This document shows positions 26,716-38,516 of a stretch of 64,000 nucleotides of DNA, in pieces. The DNA lies in the NCBI GenBank assembly GCA_030704615.1, contig CM060731.1, positions 12,772,001-12,836,000 on the forward strand, in the 5' to 3' direction. The position numbers were made by a program, and so were the translations under genes. Under the pieces are notes generated by a model. The model did no database searches. It was not told the DNA's origin and saw only the letters and a program-made list of their open reading frames with translations. The stretch comes from Takakia lepidozioides. Taxonomy: Eukaryota; Plantae; Bryophyta. Numbering within the stretch: position 1 is the first letter of the stretch; every line of letters starts with the position of its first letter.

Positions 26716-27275
26716 CTTGGCTATGGCTGAGCAACGTAGAGTGCGGAGCGCACTTCCCTGGACGGTCTCTCTGCCTACCGAGACGGTACAGGCAGCGAGT
26801 GGGGGCGAGCCGGTGAGGGACCACGGGGTGTAGACATCCATGGCACACGTGGGAGGTGCTCGAGGTTCAGAGGGAGTTGGCAGCCAAAGCAGTTTGTGAT
26901 GGATGAGGTTGGGGATTCTTCTCGGGATGAGGAGGTTATCAATGATGAGATGATGGGGCAGGATGAGGCCTTGTCATTGACTGAGCAAGGAAGGAAGGAG
27001 TACTGCTCAAAGAGGTTGCAGCATAGCAACCAAGGGACGCGTCCTCCTCTACCTCTAAGCCCACTGGACTTAAGGTTGCAGTTACGGAGGACAATTGGGA
27101 GCCTGACATGGACTGAACCATTGTCACCGGAGGAGCGAGGAGGAGAGAGACGACGATACGGCGGTTCCTGAGGGCTTACAGGAATTGCTTTGCTTCAGTT
27201 TGAAGGACTTGGGAGCACTGAAGGGTCAAGAGATCCGTATTGAGTGGCCACTGACACGCCAATCTTTGGAGACCC

Positions 27276-29515
27276 TGTTAGAGGACTGTCGGGGACTTAG
27301 ACACTTATACGGGATCTGTAGGGTACCCTTAATTTTTTGCACAGACTGAGACCAACAGGAGCCTTAGGGGTGACAGCAGGCACTGTAGAGGGGGGTTACA
27401 CAGCCGACACAGCCAACACAGCCCGTCACAGCCGACACAGCAAACACAGCCGTCACAGCCGACACAGCCAACACAGCTCGTCACAGCGACACAGCCAACA
27501 CAGCCCGTCCACAGTCGTCACAGCCAACACAGCCAACACAGCCCGTCACAGTCGTCACAGCAGACACAACCGACACAGCCAACACAGCCCGTCACAGCCG
27601 ACGCAGCCGACACAGCCAACACAACCCGTCACAGTCGTCACAGCAGACACAGCCAAACACAGCCAGTCACAGCCCGTCACAGTTTCACACAGCCAGTCAC
27701 AGCTTGACACAGCTGTCACGATCATAGGGAACGAAGAGAAGGACAGGGAACGACTGTAGGGAACAACACCTGCGAAGGGAACATGTTAGTTCACAGACGA
27801 CGGTTAGTGAGGGAAACGGTTAGAACCGCGGATAGGAAGATAAAGGGAGAAACGGGGAATTGAGAGGGAGGATTCGGAAGGGGACTTCTGGGGGAGAGGA
27901 TTATGATTCGGAGGAGGACTTCTTAGTCAGGTTTGAGCGGAGATCGGAAGCAAAGATGGAGAGCACGGTGAAGGAGAAAGAAGATTAGTAGATGCTTGTT
28001 ATATGCAAAGCTGTAGTGATATTGTAGAGCAGATTAGAGACACAATGGCTTCGACCTGATACCTGATAAATCATAATCTGATACTTATACGATACAATCA
28101 CACTGTGTAGAGAGATCTGAGTGAAGCTGTGGATTGAATGGATGAGTTGATGGAAACCGATAGATTGATGAAGCAAACTGATACTTAATTATCAATGGTA
28201 AGGTAGCTAAGATGAATGCGGAAAGGGAAACAAATAGGAAACACCCCCATGATACACTAGCTGTAGGTCATGACTGATTGTTCTGCGCGGGCTGAGTACT
28301 TAGAGATTTCCAACTCTTCTATCTTGGAGTTTCCGCCTCGGATAGCGAAGGGATGGGTGAGTAAAAGCCGCGCGACATTTGGCGACCATACTGGGGACCT
28401 GGGACATGAACAACCAGATGTGACAGGCATCTGGTGGGATCATGGTAGTTGGACCATTAAAGAATTTGAAGTGAATCAAATTCCCTGTGGAACGAAGGAA
28501 GAAAGATTGTCCAAACAATTCTTTCAAAGGTTCTTGGAATTGCCAGACGGTTGTAAAGAAAATATTCTTAAACGAGTGCATGATGTTGATCCAGAATGGG
28601 GTCTGAAGAAAGGAGTGATAAAGATTTATCAGGTAGCCTGTAGAGGAAGAGCACGTTGGTTACCAACATTGGTTTATGTGATAGCATTGCTATCCATTAA
28701 ACGAGTAGAGTTTGAAGGCTGGGAAGAAAGAAAGGTGAATGTTTATACTCATATGCATGAAGAGCTTGTACTGGTAAAGAATTGGATTCCAAAGGATATT
28801 TTGTGGATCAAACTCACACCAAGAATAGCTTTCCAGACTTGTTTGCCATATGGTTATATGGTAACGGAGACTTCAAGTATAGCCAAGGGTGCATTGAAGC
28901 TTGAAAGAAACCCAGGCATATACGAGAGATATTACAGAAGAGAGTTTTGGTTATTGCCACATTAAAAGAAATGAAAGACATGAGACATGAGTGATGAAAG
29001 AGAAGCTAGACGACAGAGATATTCAGCAAAAAGAGAAAGCTATCTGAAAGCTAATTATCCATATCTTTGGGAGAGAGGAATAGACATAGGGGAATCATCT
29101 GGACCTCTCACACCATTAAGATCAAAGAGTGCATCACCTATACCGGAAGAACTAGAGTTGGATGCCACTCCTTCTGTTTCTTTGCAAGAAAGATTAAGGG
29201 AATTGGTACAGGAAGAAGATCAATCACGAGGTGAAAGATCTGAGGTACATCCTTGGATAAAAGACTTGACAGAAATCTTTGATAAGAGTTGGCATGGAAC
29301 ACCAAAAGCAGGAACTCCAGTTTCTGAAGCAGAAGGTGAAGAAGGAGAAGAGGATGTGGCAGAGCCAACGGAGAGTTCAGACTCTCCAACACCATTACAG
29401 TTGAGTTACATGAGTGAAGAAGAAACCCAAGGGCAGAACTTGGAGGATGAAAACAGAGAGAAGAAATTGGAAGAGGAAGAATATGAAGAAGTAGACCCAA
29501 CAGCTGAGGTTGAGA
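27276..29515 (+). mobile_element. Truncated second copy of the first Ty3 family (5' LTR 27276-28377, PBS, extra ORF 28270-28965, gag start at 28987)
   Basis: Near-identical to 7987-10441 and breaks off after GCTGAGGTTGAGA. Confidence 0.92.
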
Positions 29516-29563
29516 GTTTGGACAGCGATGTAGTTGTGTAGCGATACGTATGCGCACGACAGC

Positions 29564-29918
29564 TGTCAAGTTAAATAAACACAGTGTGAAACTAACTAGA
29601 ATAAATCTAGTTATTTGTATTTAACACTTAAAAATAGTTCAAATGTTAAGTCAAGTGTCAAGCTAAACTTGACACCTGAACCATCTTATCTTCACGAGCT
29701 CGTCAGTCGTGCGGCTCATCTCTCTCGAGTTGAGCCTGCACGACCGAGCTCCCTCGCTGCTTAGCATCTGAGAGTACTTATGGAGGGAGAGTAGGATGTT
29801 GTGGGGTGGAGTCCCCGTAGCTTGGGGTGCCCCTGGCTCGACTCTTATTTTAACGAGTGGTTGTATTGTATTTCGTGTTTTTGTGTCAAGAGACAGTGTG
29901 AGTTTAGTTTTCATTTCA
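29564..29918 (+). repeat. TG..CA repeat copy 4, without the extension
   Basis: TGTCAAGTTAAATAAAC...TTTTCATTTCA, near-identical to copies 1 and 2. Confidence 0.85.
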
Positions 29919-30119
29919 TTGTGACAAACTACTTTATTGTGCATATATGTGTGGGGTTTGGACAACGATGTAGTTATGGAACGATACGTATGCACACAAC
30001 ACTCTGCATATGTATGGTAATTCTTTCTTTTGTTATTTTGAAGACCTTATCGGAGGTTTTAGTTTTTCTTTTTTGAATGATTTACCATAGGTGACACTGT
30101 ATAACTGTACACTCTACAC

Positions 30120-31050
30120 TGCAAGCTCCTGGATGCTAAGATTATTCAGCCTCTTGCAGGAGACAAGCTTGACCTTGCTGACTTCAAAACTGCCATCGAA
30201 AAATCAAAGGGTGTTTGTCACAAGCTAAGTAAATAGTTGAGAGTCATGATGCGAAGATTGCAGCACACCATAACATCTCTAACAATAATATCACCATACC
30301 TTAATAGCAAGATACTGAAGGATCTCGAGCTTAGTGTTTCAATGAGTGCAACCCAAAACCAATCGCACAAGGGCATACAATGCTCCGTCTGATGTATAGT
30401 GGAGTTTACTGAGGATGTTGATAGTTGATACCTTGCAATGCCTGGGGGCAATGCTTTGTACCACATGTTTTTGAATGTTTCCCTCCCTGCTGATGCCATA
30501 CCGGTGATGGAGTTATTAGCACATACACTGCCATTCCCGATTTTGATGTAAGCAAAACCGAAGTGCTGGAGGTTGACAAGCCCACTTCAGAATGAGTAAC
30601 CATAGCAGCCATATGAAATTTCACTTCTGTTCTGAACTGCTCCTGCAGACACAACATTGCATACCTGTAGTTCTACCCCTGGGGAAAGTGACATACCATT
30701 GAAGTGCCTGACAACTACTACTGCTCAGTATGCAACTCTCATAAGCAAGACCCACCTGCACGTTTGGAAACTGCAGTAACCATCTCCACAAACTACACCT
30801 CAAACAAGTTGAACTCAATGAAATCAAGGTCTTTCAGAGTGAACTTGTATGATTTGAGGCCCACATCGAACAGACAATCATGAACCTGAATGGTGTTTTC
30901 AGTGTCGATCACTAGTCAATCTTGTCAGTTGAAAAAATGTCCAAGAAAGGCACTGTCAAACTCGTGCAGGTGACAATTCACTTTAAAGAAGCACAAACTC
31001 TTTGAAGGTCAAGGTACAATTTCCCTGGTGAAGACCTTACCCCACTCAGG
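30120..31050 (-). pseudogene. Possible decayed NB-ARC/LRR (NLR-like) fragment
   Basis: Short motifs in plausible order: PFLDIFS, ENTIQVHDCLFDVG (MHD-like), LRIMTLNYLLSL, VKLVSCKRLNNLSI. Many stops. Confidence 0.25.
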
Positions 31051-31547
31051 AAACTCCAGTACCTGGTTTAGTGGTTGTTGGCATCAATCTACTTTCTAAT
31101 CACATCCTTTGATCTCTCTCTCTCTCTCTGTCTCTCTCCTCTCTAGAGTATTAGAGCTGGAATGAAGACTTGCGTATGGGTATAATGTGGCAGCTCAAAC
31201 CCTATGACAGGGATTGCCCTCAGCTTTGAGATGGTCTATAACCCCTGAGAGGATTCTCACAGCAGCTTTGAAAGGGTTGATACCCCTCAAGGTCTTCATA
31301 GCCCGCGGATACAGATTTGGGTGTAAAGTCTGAGTGGCCATACAACCTGCACCAGTTTGGCCACTACCAAACTGGGGGGAGGTTGCATGGCCACTAAGCT
31401 ATTGCAACCACCTTCTGTCAAAACAAGTAACATCTCTCTCTGTACCCAGCTGCTGATGGCAAGCAAGGTCTAAGGAGTAAACTCTCTCACAGCAACACAT
31501 TCATTCACTTCATAGTCACACCATTGAGCTGCCCTGTCCACTGCTGC

Positions 31548-34500
31548 TCAAATTGTCACAGTACGAAATCCATTGACATCAGTGGAATGTTCGGTTGTAT
31601 CTTGTTCTTCCTCCCCTTCTCCTTCTTCGTCTTCTTCTTGTATCACATAAAACTGGCTACTATGCGAAAATGGCTGGTCATTTAGTGGCCTTCTCTCATC
31701 GTCCTTCACTTGGAGTAGCTCGTTTGAATCTTCTGTACCTTCAATTTCGCCCAAGGCCTCATAATGTTGTGGTGTCGTATAAATCTTACTTATCATAGAG
31801 TAGAGAGGAAGTGACAGAAGAAGAAGGAAAGCCAGATGGCAGTTGAATTGTAGTGTAGCCAGTGCCCTGCCTCTCATGAGATGCATGCCTGCAAGCCATA
31901 TTACAGCAATTCTGTACAGGTTAGTGACATTTGAACTCAACTCAGGGGTCTGGCCCTTCAGCAGCAAGTTTTTCTCTGACTGGAGTTTTAGAATTGAAGC
32001 CCATCATAAGACTGTTAGGGACTGGGACCTACAAAAACTCCCTGTCTCTTACACGAGACCGGAATGTCCCATGTCTGTTTAAAAAGGGCCTTAGGTATCC
32101 AGTCCTGAAACCTCAATCTTTTGTGACTGGAGTGCCGGGTAGTATGCGTGAATGATAGGGCAACTGAAGTGATCCCCATTCATTAGAGACAGGGAGTCAT
32201 TGTCAACCTGTATAAGAAAGGTGACACAGAAGAGCCAGGGAACTATCATGGTATCATGCTTCTTAGCACAGTTAGCAGGCTATTATGTAGGATAATAAGC
32301 CTAAGCACCCATCTCAAGGTTGATCTGGAGTCTGGAGGTGGATTTCATGAAGGCCAGGCTGGCTTCGGAGGCATAGGGGCTGCACTGACAATATCTTCAC
32401 TCTAAGCCAGGGAAGGAAAAAAAGAAGGAAAGCCCACTTTTGTCTTCTTCCTGGATGTCAAAATGGCTTATGACACTGGCGTGACAGGCTGTGGCTCCGC
32501 TTTGGTCTTCTGGGGTCAGGGGAAAGATGTGGAGGGTGGTCCACAACCTGTATGTGAACACCAAAAGCGGTGTTACGGTCAACAATCAGAAGTCTACTTC
32601 TTTGATATTGATCAAGGTAAAGGTTGTACCCTCTCCCACTGCTCTTCAATGTTTTCATTAATCAGCTTCTTGAAGGTGGAAAGCGAGGGGTTTGGGCTGA
32701 AGGTGGGTGTTGCCACTATACCAGCTCTTAAGTTTGAGGATGACTTCACGGACCTAGGGGATACCCCATCCAATCTCCAGGAGCTGATTATTTGTGCAGA
32801 GAGGTTCTTTGACCTGTGGAGGCTAGAAGTAAATGTTAGTACATGGGCAGAGGTGGCATTCAACGACCATGCGGAGGGAGGAGGGGATCTCAAATGGAAA
32901 TCGGGTGACGAAGAGATCCCTCTACTCCCTTCCTATACATATGTTGGTGTTGATGTAACCTCCAACTGTAGCTGGGATGCACATATACAGAAGCGATTCA
33001 TGGTCGGATGGTGGGGTCAGTTGAATCGCACTGCTAATTCCAGATACTCTAAAGTAATTGACGCGATTTTTTGGAAGCAAGACTGTCCTGTTAAACAGGG
33101 TAAGTCTTGGCGGACAAGGGTAAAAGATATTTTCAAGTATCGGTCCAGAAGAATTGACCCTACTGGATGAAGCTGACATGGAGGGGCTTGTGCCCAAAGT
33201 CATGCCCAAAGACTGTCTGATAAAATGAGGTTAGGCATAAAACCTCCCTGAACTTGTTTCTGTCTGTGACATGGTCAAGGGCCTTAAGGATGATTTGAAG
33301 GGCCTACCTATTCTCGGCAATAGACTGAAGTTTAAACTCAGGGCGGTGGGAACCTTCCTTTGAACTAACCAGGTGCAGAGAGGAAAGGACATTGTAATTG
33401 CCCCAGGTGCAGGCAATCTGAAGATTTTCTGATACCTTGTCTGGGGTATTCACACCAGAGAGTGACCCTCTTCAGGAACATCAAGGGCATGGTTTCTCTG
33501 TTCACCAACTTTCAAAATGTCGAGGCTGAGCCTAAAGCCCTGGGCTCTATCTTTTGGGCTCCTCACACACACAGCAGATTGATGCTTGTGTGAAGGGCTT
33601 ACTAGAGGATATCTGGAAAGCCCGAACTAACTGTCAAGATTAAAGAGAGAGAGACTTTGTGTGTGACTTACCTTGGTCGAATATTTCAGGTGGGATAAAG
33701 TCATTTTTTCCTATGTATGTCCTGAAATTGACAAGTAGACACTTGCTGGAAAATTCATTCCCTGGCCTAGGGCCTTGTGGGATTTATTGCCCATCTCCTG
33801 GTTTAAATTTAGGGTTTCAGAACCCCAACCCTGCAATTTAGTGCTCATTTACAAAGGTTGTGTAAGCTGCTACCTGAAACTATGACAGTGTCGGGCACAC
33901 AGCTCACCAAGCTCTGCCTTCAAGAGTTTTTCAACAAGGCTGCGGCTAGCAAGATTTAAGCGCAACCTAGCCTTCATTATGCTGGTCGAGCTTCCTATGC
34001 AGTTATAGGGAAGCTTTCGCTCAGTTGTTGACAGAAACAGGAAGTTAAACTTAGCCCTTACCATGCTTTGCAAGTACTTCTTGTTACGTGAACAGATGCA
34101 TGCTGTGTCGCAGACTGGTCTGCCTCAAACTTTCAAGGTTCTGTGTAATATCACACCTTACTATTACTCTTGCAATCTTTCACTTGCTTAGAAATGCATG
34201 TTGGACAGCGATAGCAAGCGTGAAGACCTGCTACTCACCTCGCGCATCCTCACTAACACGCAGTCTGTTGGATGTGGTGGTTTTTGGGACGGGCGCAGGT
34301 GAGGGTCCTTCACTTTTCATGGATTTCTAAGCTGTATGTGTAAGTTTTGCTACAGAGGACACTGGATAGACAATGGAAATCACCTATCGCATGAGGCAGC
34401 CACTGCCTAAGAAGAATGGTACAGCGCTTGACGACAGCCTCAGGTTTCCTTGAGGGAAGTATTTTACGGAAGTAATCTGCCCTTGACATCTGTTACCAGA

Positions 34501-35735
34501 GGGTTCTGAAGACCTGTCTTGACTTGGATCAATCTCAGCCTACAGCCAGCTGAGTGGTTTCATTTTGAATGCTGTGTGTTTGCTTTGGTTTAAGACATGG
34601 AAGTACACCCCTTTTGGCCCATGGTGGAAGACTTGGTTTTGTCTCAGTTTTGAGACGTGTGATTTTCAGGGAAGTATTCGTTTTGTCGCTACTTCGATGA
34701 AACCGAATTATAACATGCTAAAAAGCACGAATTTTTTGGCTCTCTGTGACAGTAGAGTCAATACGAATTTCACTATGATGTTGTCACTATGAAGAAAGAT
34801 GGGAGGTTTTGAAGGGTTTCTAACAAACCCCACCACCCCCCATCACCCAGAAGTGTGAAACAAAGCAGGAGCAAGCCTGTGGTTTAGGAGAAGGGTGATG
34901 GTGCCTTGCAATGCAAGGCTGTTTTGTCTTGGTTTTAAAAAAAAAAACTTTCTGATCTGGTCAAGTCTTGACAGATCCTTTCTTGTCGTGACAAGACAAG
35001 CCCTATCTCTCTCTCACACACACACACACCCACACACATCCTAACGTCATGCTTGGAGGCGAAATTACCTTCACAAGTGACAGTGTAGTCGCCCTCCCCT
35101 GTCTCCTTCAAAGAGCACCCTTGCGCTATCCATCGTTGACTAAACAGCGAGATGGCGATTTGCAATAACCACGTCCCTTGCAGAATCAGTGCCATGCTGC
35201 GCACGAGGGGGGGTAAGATTGCATGCGGGTATACGACCTCCACAGCTGTAGAACCGAGGCATACTCCGATCGGCACGAGAAGGAGATGATGATATTGGCT
35301 TTCTAGCCCCGCCTGACCTCTCTGTAGATAAAATAACAGAAATTCCTGACCGAATGCAAACATGGAAAGCAGTTTGGTCACCTCATGAGGCAACGGCAGC
35401 AATTTCGTGTTTTCCGCGATTAATGTCACCACAGAATAGAGCAGGAAGATGGACGCCACCCCCATTCTTTCAAGATTGACGGCGGCCGAAACCCTTTTCG
35501 TTGAGTCCTCCTCATGAGCAGAAAAGACAGCATCGAAAATTACGTGAGAAAGCGACAGAATCACTACCAGGTACAGATCGAGGTTATGGAGCCTACTCTT
35601 AGCATGGCGGACGCCAGGTTGAAGGTATAAAGTCCTGTGACCTTTCAACCTGAATTTTCTAACAGTCTTAAAGGCCTGTAAAAGCCCCACGACAAGAAAC
35701 CCCGCCCCTGCACCTGCCTGCACCAGCCAACCCAT
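31548..35735 (-). CDS. TMEM45/DUF716-family multipass membrane protein; exons 35735-35069 and 31888-31548
   Basis: Hydrophobic helices, GLESQYHHLL and LILQGTWLLQIA. A phase-1 GT..AG join gives TVTCE-G-MHLMRGRALATLQFNCHLA. Confidence 0.8.
32180..33635 (+). mobile_element. Degenerate non-LTR (LINE) retrotransposon RT fragment in the TMEM45-like intron, antisense to the gene
   Basis: IVNLYKKGD.EEPGNYHGIMLL, EGQAGF, CTDNIF, FLDVKMAYD, GCTLSPLLFNVFIN, KFEDD (YADD position), YTYVGV. Confidence 0.85.
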
Positions 35736-35891
35736 GCCTGTCCTCTGCTGTCTCTAGTCTCTACAGCTATGGCGGCCTGCGCAGCGAGGAAGACGATCAT
35801 CCAGAACAGGATGATACATAAATCATCCAAGTCTTCCACGGATGAACACAATCCGTCTTCAAGGTCTGGAGAAAGGCTGCAGTGAGCAGCT

Positions 35892-36775
35892 ATGGTGCCT
35901 GCGCAGGACAAGTCTGGAGGAGGCGAGGTCATGGGGGAGGACGAGGAGCTGCCCAGGGATGCCAAGATGGTGAAGTCCATCTTGCAGTCTATGGGTGTGG
36001 ACCACCATGAACCCCGGGTGGTGAACCAGTTTCTGGACTTGTGGTATCGGTACGTGGTGGATGTGCTGGGAGATGCTCAGCTCTACTCGGAGCACGCGGG
36101 AAAGCCTGCAATAGATTGTGATGATGTGAAGCTGGCAATTCAATCCCGTGTCAACTTCTCTTTCTCGCAGCCACCCCCGCGTGAGGTAGGATTCTCTTCG
36201 TGTGTTGTATCGTGGTTGCAGTTGGTTAGCTGTCTTTGCACACATTGGCGGGGATAGGGAATCCAGATGGGTTCCTATCTCTGCGGGAAGCAGGGACTTC
36301 CTTGAATTGAAATGAAGCCGTTATGAAAGATTGCAAAGATGTAATGCGGAAGCTGTAAAGCAGATGGTGATGGAAATTGATTACCTGGGGTTCGGTGACA
36401 ACATTGTCGCTCCCTTCCTTTGGAGTTGATTTGTGCTCACTCCATTCAGGTGTCTTCTTGTTTCTGCAACAGACTCTGGTGGAGTTAGCCAAGGCGAGGA
36501 ACAGCATTCCCTTGCCCAAGATCATAGGTGGGCCTGGCATAGCCTTGCCGCCCGAGTCAGATACCCTGATTGCCCCGAACTACCAGCTCTCAATACCAAC
36601 TCGCGCGTTTGCGGACATGGACGAAGATGTTGAATGGGAGGACGATGACGATACAAAGGAGGAGATCTCTAAAGATGTGGGGGCATCATCACAGTCTACA
36701 CATCTCCTGAAATCTGATCAGGATGGCGGCCGGAAGGTTTCCTTTTCCATTGCGGCGCAAAGGCCGAAGAGCTAG
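35892..36775 (+). CDS. TAF9: TFIID subunit 9; exons 35892-36185 and 36473-36775
   Basis: [50 protein letters not shown]|[28 protein letters not shown] intron. Confidence 0.95.
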
Positions 36776-38120
36776 CTCGCCTTTGAGATGTAACCAAATC
36801 GCTGTGCAAGAAAGGGGATGCGCAACTTGATTGTTGATGGCGTTACGAATTCTCCTCACCTCCTTGGTCGGTACCACCATGAAGAGGCAGGTGTAATACC
36901 CTTGAAGGAGCTCTGCATTATGCAGGATCCTGCTAACGTCCTGCAGCTCTTGTCTTGAGATTCCTGCTCGCACAGTTATGTTGGGAGCTCTTCTCTACCA
37001 AAAGACCACTCGATGAAGAGTGGATATCTGGAAGTGTCGGGCTCGTAAATTCATGATTAACTCGCCCTCAACAGATTCAAGGTGATTTCCCTATGGGGTA
37101 AGATTGGGGGGGAACTCTCTAGGGCCCATGGCTGTCACAGAGATGCCACACTCTCGTGGCCCAGGTTAGTTCAAAGTGACCTGCTGGATACTGCACGCTG
37201 TAGACTTGCATCTCGCTTTTCAGTTTGCTGGTGAGCTATCAAGTCTGAGGAATCCTTTGCTGCAATTTTATGGGTGACAGTGCCCTTTGAGCTTCACAAT
37301 CAGCAGCATTAGGCAGATGCGTTGCTTATGAGGCTTAGTTACAATAAAAGGTTCAGTTGGAATCATTGCAGTGCTGAGAGTTGGGCAGTGTCTGTGGTGG
37401 GACAATGTCCCTTTTTCCCAAGGTTCTTTGCAGCTGAGATGATTACAACAATCCTGCTATACCCCTTTGAAACATTTGAGCAGTCAGAAATAGGTTTAGT
37501 TCCTGTGTTCCCTACTTATCAGAGTTGCCACAATGATACGAACAAAAGATGACCATGGTTATTCTGACTTCATCTCGTACATTTGCTGTGTCTCATTGTT
37601 GCTTGGTATCAGTTATAGCGCTTGTATATGCTAACTTGTGCAAGAGGCATATAGAGAGTTACCTGTTTATTCTCCCTATGGATGTGGACTTCCATGTGCC
37701 TGACGTACTTTCACTGCTGGAGCACATTAACTCTATTGAACATTTTGAGAGCCTCACAATTCTGGTGAGAACTTTTTGAGAGGCGCGACCATTTGCATGA
37801 CTGAGGTAACATACCTGCATTTCCAGTCCACAATAGTGTGATAGTCAGGTCACCTCCACTTTTCAGCTGTAATAGTGGACCTACAGGCCCAGGATTTACC
37901 AATTGTCTCTTGAGGCATATAGCTCAGCTGCACAATTCTCCTGGTCAAATTTATATAGCTCTTGACCTCTCTCCAGCTGGCCAGCTTCACAATTTCGACG
38001 AGTGGCATTTCAGAGGGAAATGTCTACTTAAGGATTTGCCTTGGGGGGTGTCAAACTTTGGGAAACTGATCTTCCAAAGTTTTAATGGGTTTGGATGTTC
38101 ACCCATGACATGCGATCAGT

Positions 38121-38300
38121 AAAGATAAAAGATAAAGATAAAGTTTCTTTAACGACCAGAATTTACAGAGCCTACTGCTCAACACACAGGCCATCGAGGG
38201 CCCAATGGGCGGTCCGAAGGCACATGTTGAAGGATTGAACCCGGGATCACCTAGGTTATGCACAGGCAAGGCACAAACACCCAGCCACTGGGCTACCTGC
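38121..38300 (-). mobile_element. tRNA-derived SINE
   Basis: On the minus strand: A-box TAGCCCAGTGG, B-box GGTTCAATCC and a (TTTATC)n tail. AGTAAAGA occurs near both ends (possible TSD). Confidence 0.65.
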
Positions 38301-38516
38301 TAAAGTAAAGAGAAAGGATAATGACTGAGGAAGAAATTTATTTTTAATGCTTTTGGAATGGGATACATGGAATCCGAGAAATCGTCTGAGATATGTACAC
38401 TTGTCCCCACCTCCCTACCCCGCTAACTCACAGATACAAGTCAAATCTTTTCGGAATCACAGAATTCTGCTTTTCTACATCAGTAGCCTCTATTTAGTTG
38501 TGTTATGAGCTGCAAG

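Larger units (their letters stand above)
22035..27275 (+). mobile_element. Second Ty3/Gypsy-like element, 3'-truncated, carrying a DNA methyltransferase (gag - PR - DNMT - RT start)
   Basis: Gag-like DDFIQEFDSWCD and FFQELRRNYQG; knuckles CWTCGGPHVKRDC and CGHCGKYGHGDAQC; protease RVLLD*GAQ...YDVLVG; C5-MTase motifs; RT lead-in CFA.SLKDLGALKGQEIRIE...TPIF. The 5' boundary is taken where homology to the duplicated segment ends. Confidence 0.8.
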
